This document shows positions 13,001 to 23,300 of a stretch of 64,000 bases of DNA, one piece after another. Numbering within the stretch: position 1 is the first letter of the stretch; every line of letters begins with the position of its first letter. This stretch comes from Oopsacas minuta (taxonomy: Eukaryota; Animalia; Porifera): NCBI GenBank assembly GCA_024704765.1, contig JAKMXF010000034.1, forward strand, positions 5,257-69,256. Reading direction: 5' to 3'. Under the pieces are notes generated by a model. It did no database searches and was not told the origin of the DNA. It saw nothing but the letters and a program-made list of their open reading frames with translations. The position numbers and the translations under genes are program-made.

Positions 13001-16000
13001 TTGCACAATCTGTACCAAAAAAATTATCCATCAATTTGGAAAAATACAAATATAATCTTTCCTGACAGGTGATAAAATTTGGGAAGGGCGGGGATGAGAA
13101 ACAAGTATATTACTTTACATGGCCTAAGAGTGCTGATTTATATTCTTACGAGCGCGCTTCGCTTGCTCGCGCTACGCGGTTGCGAACACTTCGTATCCAC
13201 AAAATGGCCTACGGCCCTCGAGTACATAAACTCATAATCTTAACCGTAGCAAACATGATACTGCCACAATCTTTAAATCTGCTTACTTTATGTACCTAAA
13301 AATATGCTAATATTCACAATATGTTGTTTACAATATCATATTTGTACTCAGCATACTCGATTACCTCAGTATAACCATTGAAAGCATGTTTCTACAACAA
13401 CTTTGATTAGCTAGATCCTATTAATTATTAATAATAATTTCAGATCTGTGAAACCTATTAGTTCTTCTGAATACGTATATTCCGTCCTAATTTCTCCTAA
13501 TTATCTATGCTCAGGCTACACTGGAAATAACTGATCTAGTTAAACACAAGCTTCGTACGTACACAAATACATAGCATTAGGCTTATGGTACAAGGCCAAC
13601 TATTAATAAAACTCCTGATCAATGTATCACATAACTCGGATGGAAAGTTTAGTTAAAAAAGGCAAATTATTGTTTTCGGAGAAGAATGAACCAGAATTCC
13701 AATTTGGGAAGAGAGGAACTGAATTTGATATGATTACCTTACCAGTTGGAATAGCTCTGAACTCTAAGGAAACTGTATTATTCGTATGCGACATACTCAG
13801 TCAGAAAATACAAGTTTATACAATAGATGGTTATTTTATGACGTCATTTGGTACTGATCATTTAAAGAAACCTTGTGGCATCACGATGTATGGCAACAGA
13901 TTGTATGTAACAGATGTCAGAGCACATTCCTTGTTAATGTTTGGTAACTATGGTGTAAAAGCAACTGGGAAATGCGGAATTAGAATTGGAGAATTACAAT
14001 TTCCGCGAAGTGTAACATGTGACAGCAAGGGCGATGTGTATGTGACAGATTGCGGCAATCTGCGGATAGTAGTATACAGTGGAGAACTTGAACTTAAGAG
14101 AATAATTGCAAGTGGACAAACCTGGACCCCTATTGATTCTAGAATATTCCATAAGGAAATAATTGTACTGTCACAGCATGCTCCATTTATTCGGTGTATT
14201 AACCTGGTTGATAATTCTGAGAGGAACATATATGAAGTAGACAAGAATGTTAAAAATCCTTGCTTCTTCTGTGTGGACAAGTTTGGAAATTTTGTGATTA
14301 ATGACGCTGGCTCGAAGAGAATAGTTATAACTAATCCGCGAGGTGAATTATTGAAGATAATCGATGAGGGCTCTTCTGGTTCATTTATGTTTGGAACACA
14401 AATTACATCTTATAACAAAATTATTGTAGCACTATGTGCTGGTAGAAAAACCATCAGTGTTATTTAAATCAGTTTTTACTCTATTAAGCTACATGTTATT
14501 GTGAATAGTCTGAAACTTTGTGAGATATATGTAGGTATATCATATTTGGTTGCTAAAGTTTAATTTGTATCTCATTAGCCATTATGTCTATACTCTATAG
14601 TAGATTAATATATTCAATAGTAAATATTTAAAATTTGTGGCTGAATACAATCAAGTGAAAATAGTGCAGCTCCTATTTAGAGATAGTCCGTACTGTATTT
14701 CCCCTTGGGAAACTCTGATAATTATTACTAGAGTTGCTCAACTCCTATATGGCATGGACGATGTGCGACGTCTGTCCGTACGCGCCACCGTGCGAAATAT
14801 GGCAGTCCGATTAACATGAAAATTTGTGCACATACATTTTGGGTCAGAGATTTGCACATCGGGTGTTTATTTTGAAATTTTCACACTTTTGGTGATTAAT
14901 CATGTTTTCACACCTTTCTATGTTATTTCCAAAGCATGTTAGAGATTATGGGGCAATTGGGTGGGTAGTGTCCGATTCTGAAATTTTCAGAATATCAAAG
15001 TTACAAACACATATGATTAATCATATTTTCACACATTTTGGCGTGATCCATATGGCTGAGCTGCACACCAAGTCTGTCGACTGTACATTTTTCTAATTTG
15101 TTTCACTATTTATTGATTTTGTAACAAAATAGATGTATAGACACGCTTTTAAGTGTATACTGATTGGAGATTGCGGTGTAGGAAAAACAAGCCTCAGAGA
15201 TGTATTTCTATCCAAAGAGTATAGATCGTATCATTTCTGCTCAGAACATTTTTTCTCAAAGGAACTAAGAATCGATAACGAAAATATTAAACTACAAATA
15301 TGGGATACTCAGGGACAAGAGAGATATCTCCTACTACCTCAAGTGTATTATTGGGGAGTAGATGCAGTGATGTTAACATATGACATCACAAATTTCCAAT
15401 CATTTGACAATCTTAGAGAGAAATGGAACAAAGATGTATGTAGCAAATACACTCAGTGTATTCTTGTGGGCAATAAATGTGACTTGGAGGTTAAGAGAGC
15501 AGTGGATAGTACAACCGCAATGGAATTTGCTGAAAGTTTAAAAATCCCATTTATTGAAACAAGTGCTAAATGGAGTATCAATGTAGAGCAAGCGTTTGTG
15601 TTAATGGCAGCAATGATAATGAAGAAGTTACCAGAGAATGAATCAGATACGTTTGATTTTAATAATATTATGTTGAATAGCGATAGTAGGGATACAAATA
15701 ACATATATGCTAGATGTCTTTGTTAATGCTTTTTCACAACTTTTTTGGTGATTAATCATCTTTTCACACCTTTCTATGTATTATTTCAATAGCATACTGG
15801 AGTTGTTTAGGTTTCAACATGTTGTCAACGTCAGGGGTAATTGGGTGCGTAGAGTCCAATTTTTGAGATTTTCAGATCCTTAAAACTACAAATTTACAGA
15901 TTTATCATATGATTTATTATATTTTCACACATTTATGGTAAATATTTCAAAATAATGTAACGAAAAATCGAGCTTTAACATTTCGAAGGGGCTATTCAAT

Positions 16001-19000
16001 AGCCTCACCCTTAACATTATTATAGATCTTTGTAACAGCTGATTTATTAATTTCTCATAAATCTAATTCATGCAACAGTAAAATCAAATATATTAAGTAA
16101 ATTCGATAACAGAATCATCAAAAGTGTATATAACTAATCCTCGTCTCTCCCACTTCATTTCTAATTTCCTCACAGTTTTCTAATGCATATTTATACGCAA
16201 TATTAATTTGTAACTTTGCTTCTGAAATATTTTTCTTTTTGAAGTTCATTGCAGTCAAACTCGACTCTTCATCATAGCAAATAAAATCTTGAAACAAACT
16301 ATATTCAGCCCCAAACAAAGCAATAATAAAATTTATACCAATTGAATTCTCGTTTGAATCTTCAGGTTCTGTCCGAATGAAATGTCTAATGTGATGTATA
16401 GCTATAAAATAGAAAATCGGAGACCATGTAGCTCTCAGTTTATTTTGTAATAACATTTGTATCATACACGTCAGTACCTGTGTCTCAGTCTCATAGGGTT
16501 CTAACAGACCAGTGATTGGTAAGGATATGTCCTGGATTGGAATAGGAAATAATCTGAATATTTCTGTGTTATTTTGCCAGATAATGAGTTTAATGCTTGT
16601 GGGTGGATTTGAAATTAGTGGAAGAAGGATAAATTGGGCATAGGTAGGATCTCCAAATGACACAGAAGTGAAGTGGCTGCAAATTTCCGAGTAAAGTTCA
16701 CAGAAATTTGTTACTCCTTGTATTTGAGTGAAATCTATTTTCTTAATGAATTCTTTTCTAGAATATGTTTGTAAGATTTTTGTTAATTCCAGGCTAATTT
16801 CGTCTGTTAGAAATATATCTCCCAACATTAATGCAACCAATACTCTTGCTATTCTTGTGCTAGGATACATTACATTCAAAAATTCAATATCATTTGTTTC
16901 AATCCAGTTGTAGTACTTAAGACAATCTGTTAAAAACCGCAAATGCGTTTGAAAACCTCCTGGAATATTTGGTTTTGATTCTTCTTTATTATAAAGTATG
17001 AATATTGGCATTGTTAGCCAATCTATGGGGAAGAGAGGAGTAGTAAAAGTTGGTAAAGAAAGAGAATTTATACTAACTCTATTTCTGTTGTATACTGCTT
17101 CAGAATCGTCTATTGTTGACGGAGTAACATTCACAAACTGTAATAACGCAGTGTAAGTCCTAAGAATTGATTGGAGTTCGTCGCTTGTCAGTTTCGCATT
17201 TTTCTGATAGAATTTCGGTTTAAATAAATAATAATTAATAAGATTATTCAAATAATAATCTTGTCCAGGGTATAGATTAGTTGTTAGTAAGAATATTAAA
17301 TCGTGACACAATGTTACTTCAAATTCAAGTTGTCTCTCATACAAAACCATTAACTTGTATATTATTGGTATTTCTTGTAGATAAAATGCAGGAGAGGTTT
17401 GTGTTCTGTTATACTGAGCAACTATTGATCGTAGATATTTAATTATGACGTCATATAGCCCAGTAGTATGATATAGCGATTGTATTTTCAAATGACTGAG
17501 TTGGAAAGATATAGACATTTGGAAGCTAATTAAGTTGTAAATAAGATCTGTTGTGATAATATATTCATTGCTTACTTCTGTATTACGTAGTAGAGTTGGG
17601 GAATATTGTATGGAAGTATTTGAATTCACTGATAAGTTCAATAAATTGTTGAATAAAAGTCTCAAAAGTTTGTTTTGATAAATGGAGGTATATTGTGTAG
17701 TTGTGTATGATTCTAAATGTGAAACTAACTCAACTGGAGATTGAAACTTTGATATTATAGATTTATGTGTTAGAATTGTGAAAAAATAGAAAACAGCTGA
17801 TACAATTCTCTGTTGACTAAATTTCAATTCCACTTGCAGTGATAAAGTTGCTTTTTGACTGATACCGAGTATTAACTGTATGATAGGATTAATAAGCTCA
17901 ATACTATGTTCTTTGCTAAATGCTAGAGCCAGCGATATCTCACTGATATACTGTATTAGAGATGCAAGGCAATTCATATCATTTTCATTTAGCTCTGTGT
18001 ATTTGGTTAGATTGTATTGTAGCTTTTGGACAAATGTTTCATAACCTGTTTGAAAATAATCTATTCCGATTCCGTAACAAGCTAATGCTCTAAGTGTTTG
18101 TAAACTTGAAATAATAAGTTCTGTTATTTGTGTATTATTCTCAGTGAAATTGTTTGGTTCCAACAATGCGAATTGTAATAGAGTTTCAAATAACCTTACT
18201 TTTCCAACTAATAAGTTTGCACAGACCTTGTTTACTACAACTAGATGGTAACAGAGTTTAACTACTTCCACACAACACTGTCCATAAGATCCAGCCTCTT
18301 TCTCAAACGTGACCATAAATGGAAGGAAATTACGTAAAATTAACTCCAATAACTTATCAGCACTAACTACTTGTATTGCTGTTGATTTAGCATAACGAGT
18401 TATATGAGTAAGAATTTCTAGACAGCATACAATGGAGGTAGGAGGAGGTCTCACCGTTTCAATGATGTATTTTATTCTGGTTAGAATATTCGTTTTAATG
18501 AGGCCTTGCACCAAATCTTCTTGTAGTAATTCTAAATCTGTAGAATCTTGTTCTTCATCTTTGGAAGATTGTGAGTTTGTGTTTAGTAACGGTAAGCTTA
18601 TACCGAGTGTTGTAAATTTAATCTTATCTATGAAATCACAGTCATTAGTATTGACAAGTAAATTCCTGATTCCTAGTATCCCTATACATATTATTGAGAG
18701 AGTAGGGTTATCCATTGCAATACGGAATATCATAGGAATTCCGATATCCATGAGGATTTTTAAAAGATTCGAATCAAGATGTTTTTCTGAAAAAATATCA
18801 TTTTGTGCGTTTCTAGCTATAAAAGCTAACGTTTGTAGACTTAATATTTTCTGTGATTGAAAGGAACTGTCAGCTAAATGTACAAGTTCCTCTAGAGTAT
18901 ACCCAGGACGCGTTATCTCATCTCCGTGATGAAACAGACCGGTTTCAAGATGTCTATCATTATCTAATTGTATAAATTGTCCTTCAAAATTGAATCTAGG

Positions 19001-20357
19001 TTGGGATGAATCAAGTTTTTCTGATTCGCTTTCGTTAGTTTGCATCCATTCTAGTTTTTCAGGTTCTATCGTATCGAAATGTTTCCATTTCTGTCTTTTA
19101 GCCTCTCCTATTAATTCTAACACTTCTGCGTTTAAATTTGAACTCTCCAGTTGAGGAGTTAAACTTAGTTCTTTATTAATCTCTTCAGAAGGAATGTCTT
19201 TTTTCCGTTTCCTATTTTGAAGGAAATTTAATAAATTCGGATCTAAACTTGCTCTCAACTTTTCTTGTTCTTCGAGAATTTCTTCTTTCGTCATCTGTTT
19301 GAGTCTATTTTATATTTTCGCTATGAATCTTTTCTATTTCAGAATCTGTACTTATAGTACCTCCAGCAAGACCTTCTCCCGTTATAACAGAATTATACAC
19401 ATTTTGGTTGACAATTTTTCTCTCAACTGGATCTTCTGGGATAGGACATTTCACTTGAGGCCCTACCACTTGTGCTTTGCCGTGCTTTTCCATGTGTAGA
19501 GCGAACAAACTCTTTTTCTTACCTTTTCCATCAGACATAGCAGATTTCTGTAGAGACTTATAATCAATACTGACTGCTTTTGGAAATGGTAGAGTAGATT
19601 CTTGTGGTAACAAGGGTAGCTTGATATCGGAGTTTTCTGTAACTTCATTGAGTAGAGAAGGCACTGACTTATCGTCTTGATCCATTATTTCTTCTATTGC
19701 AGGGTCGATTAATTGTTCTCTATTACTTTCTCTTTCATTTTCCCTGATTAATTCTACAGAAATGTTAGATTTTAAATCAGGATCTTTCTTCATTTGTTCT
19801 TCAAAATCTTTTTGGAATTTCAATAAATCTTCTTCTGTGTCTTTATTAGAAGGTCTCTTCATGCCAAAGATTTCCATTTCTAAATCTAACTAAAGTATTA
19901 TATAACGAGCTGCTTCGCTTGCTCGCGCTGCGAGGCATGCGAACACTCTGTGTTCGCAAGGCACTCGGCACTTCGCGCTTAGAACTTAGCAAAGTATAAA
20001 ATTGCAAAATTAATATTTCAATAATTTGTTTACTTTATATTCATGAAAACAACAAAGAATTTACATAAGAGAAACTTGAATATGCGAAATCAGGAGAATG
20101 AAATTGAGTTCTTTCCCTACCGTAGCATTACATTACTGATATTGACTGGAGGAGTATTGGGAGCGTGCTTCCAAGCACTTCGATAACTTTATGCTACAAC
20201 TTCAACAGTTAAGTATTAAATTTATTCCTTAATACCCAAATATTCTTACTTTTAAGCTGTTTCATTGATACTAAGTAACATTTAATTTTCCACACAATAT
20301 TTACGACACACAAACTAAACAAAATTTACGAAATAAGACACAAACACAAACATATCA

Positions 20358-20396
<39 letters not shown>

Positions 20397-23300
20397 GGTT
20401 TTGGTCGTGGTGGTCAATGTGTACTTACCATAATAATGTTTTTCGTATGTTTTGAACATTTCGTGGAGAATTACAGGCCTACCAAGCCAAAGCTACAACC
20501 ACAACTTCCTCCCCTTCTCCCATAAGATATACGATTATTAAGATTACCCATTTCTCCTGTTTAATTCTACAGAAGTGTTATATTTAAATCAGGATTTTTT
20601 TTCATTTGTTCTTCAAAATCTTTTTAGAATGTCAATAAATCTTCTTCTGTGTCTCTGTTAGAAGGTCTCTTCATGCCAAACATTTCCATTTCTAAATCTA
20701 ACTAAAGTATATTATAATAAATATACAAACTCTGCTTAATCGGGACACATTGGTTCAGGGCATTTTTGTCTGATTAAGCGGAGTTACCAATTAACCGAAG
20801 AATTGCTATTAATAATGCTATGTAGCAGCATTTCTCTATTTTTCAATGAAAGTTCCCCCACCCAAAGTACAAAACTTGAAATTTTCGGATCATTTTGGGT
20901 CGGAGGTTTGCACCTCGTATATGAATTTTTCTAAAGTGACTATTCACACCTTCCTATGTAAAATACAAAACACGTTGTCAGGGGTAATTGGGTGTGTAGA
21001 GTCCGATTTTGAGATTTTCAGAGTCTGAAAGTTATACATTAACAGATTTATCATATGATTACTTCATATTGTCACACCTTTGCATATTATTCAAAATCAT
21101 GCCAGACATTTCGTGTTAACTGCTAGTAAAGGGGGTAGTCGAGTATATAGATTCCAAATTTGACATTTTAATACTATGGATAATTCGGGATAATGATTTA
21201 TCGTTTCTAAACAGCGTGTGTTATTTCGCTAAACGTGTAGTGTTTTTGTTACACAAGAGTGCAGTAAGACGTTACTACAGAATGTTATCCCTTCTCTTAA
21301 CAAAAATAGTACAGTGGAACCCCGCTTAACGGCTACCCCGGAATAGCGGCTACAAAGTCCCATTCCAGATGACATTGACATCAATTTATTCCACAATTAC
21401 GGCCATATTTTTCGGTCCCATAGATGACCGTAATGCCGAGTTTCCATTGTACGTATTATGACTGCTATCCTAGTGTACGTCTTATCCGCGCTCTAATGTA
21501 TCCCCAAACATTGGAATAATCCAAAATTCCACATATGAGAACAGCAATTATTCTCATGTAAATAAGTGAAAAGTCCTCTCAGAAAAGAGTAAAGAGTGAA
21601 AATAAATAATCCTTGGTGTACCTTGTAACGTGTATAATGTTATTCATGCTGAATAGGTATAGATATGCCATCTTCTCCAACGAATAGCTCGTATATTAAT
21701 CCTTTCCTGCTGACACCAGATGAATACGTTTTCAGGAGAACAGGTTCATCACCGATTGAGAAATAAACCTCTGTGCCTTCATCACTAAATTCTGACTCTA
21801 CATCTAGTAAAATGCCGTCCACATATATCTCGAGTGTTATCTTATCTAAAGTAACACGATGCTTCACCTTACCCAATTCAGGCGTCCATACTATTAATGA
21901 CTTTTTCATTGACTGTACAAACTTATCTAAAGGTTTTCCGTTCACGTATAGAGTATATTCAAAATTCATTCCATTCGGTTCAATACTCAGAATAATTTTC
22001 TTTTCTCCAATTTTGAATTCTTGAAATCCAACGAGAGCTATCATCCAATTCTTTCTGTATATTTCTTTCCCATTCACAGTTATAACTCTCTTTCCTGAAA
22101 TAGTCCCGTGTACAAGTTCAACTACGTGCATATTGTCTGCTAGTAGTAAATTCCATCTGGCAGATGGCGTCTCCTTGACAACTGAAGAAAGTTGAGCCAT
22201 TTTATTTGTTTGGTTCTTGATTCGATCCTTAAATGAGCTGGAAATAATTGTTTATATTAAAACAGTAACCTAGATAATTATTGCTATATTAAAAAGCTGT
22301 CCCTGTTCCAGATAATTAAATACAATACAGCGACACTGAAGGACACTTCGAGAAGCGGACAAGTCCACAGCCCTGCCCCCCACTGTAGTACAGTAATCAT
22401 TATAACGATAGATTACTACATAGTACAATAGTAATATCTTCTATCCTAATATTGTATTAAGCTTACACCATAGGCCAGTGGTAGGGTATTAGTATTGTTG
22501 ATTGGACAATCACGATCGCGATCTGTTTTTGACGATCGGAGGATGATCGCTGATCATTTTATAAACAGTGATCGAGTGTAAGAACGCGATCAAAATGATC
22601 GTGATTGTGATCGCGATCCTTTTTGGTGCAAGGTTCGGAATCATGATCTCCTATCATTTTATTGAACGATCAGGATCGCGATAATTAATTTGGTGATCGA
22701 CTAATCCCCTAGCCCAGTGGTTCTCAAATGGTGTGCAGCTGCACAATAGTTTCTTCGCAACGAAAATGTCTCTGGTATAACACTAATTAGTTCCCAGGGG
22801 GTCACACGAATGATGAATCGTTGCGAAATTATCAACAAAAATATTCAGAATAAGATGGGTAACAACAAAACGACATAAAATACTAATAAACTCACTGATT
22901 TGTAGAAGTTCCAGATTTGGTTCCGAGTTTGCCTTTCTTCGAGAGAAGTTTGAAGTATTATGACCCTGAAGTAAAGGCTGAAGTACGAGACAATAGAGAA
23001 AAGAATAGAATAGAATTCAGTACTGTTGGAGAACTGGCCTGTGCAATCGAGGACAAATGTTTAGCTAGTAGTGCTGATAGGAATAATCACAGTCAAGAAA
23101 TTAAGCTACTCAGGTAATTGTTTTAATAATTAATGTAGGCAAACTGGCAAAGATTGAAAAGAAGGAATACAATAGCAATTAATAATAACCTCTGTGAATT
23201 ACGGATACAGGTTTCTTTGTTGGTAGAACCCAAACAGAGTGAAGGCAATTTCAGGACGTAAGGTGTATTTTAGTGGGACTGTCATAAAATGGAACCTGTA

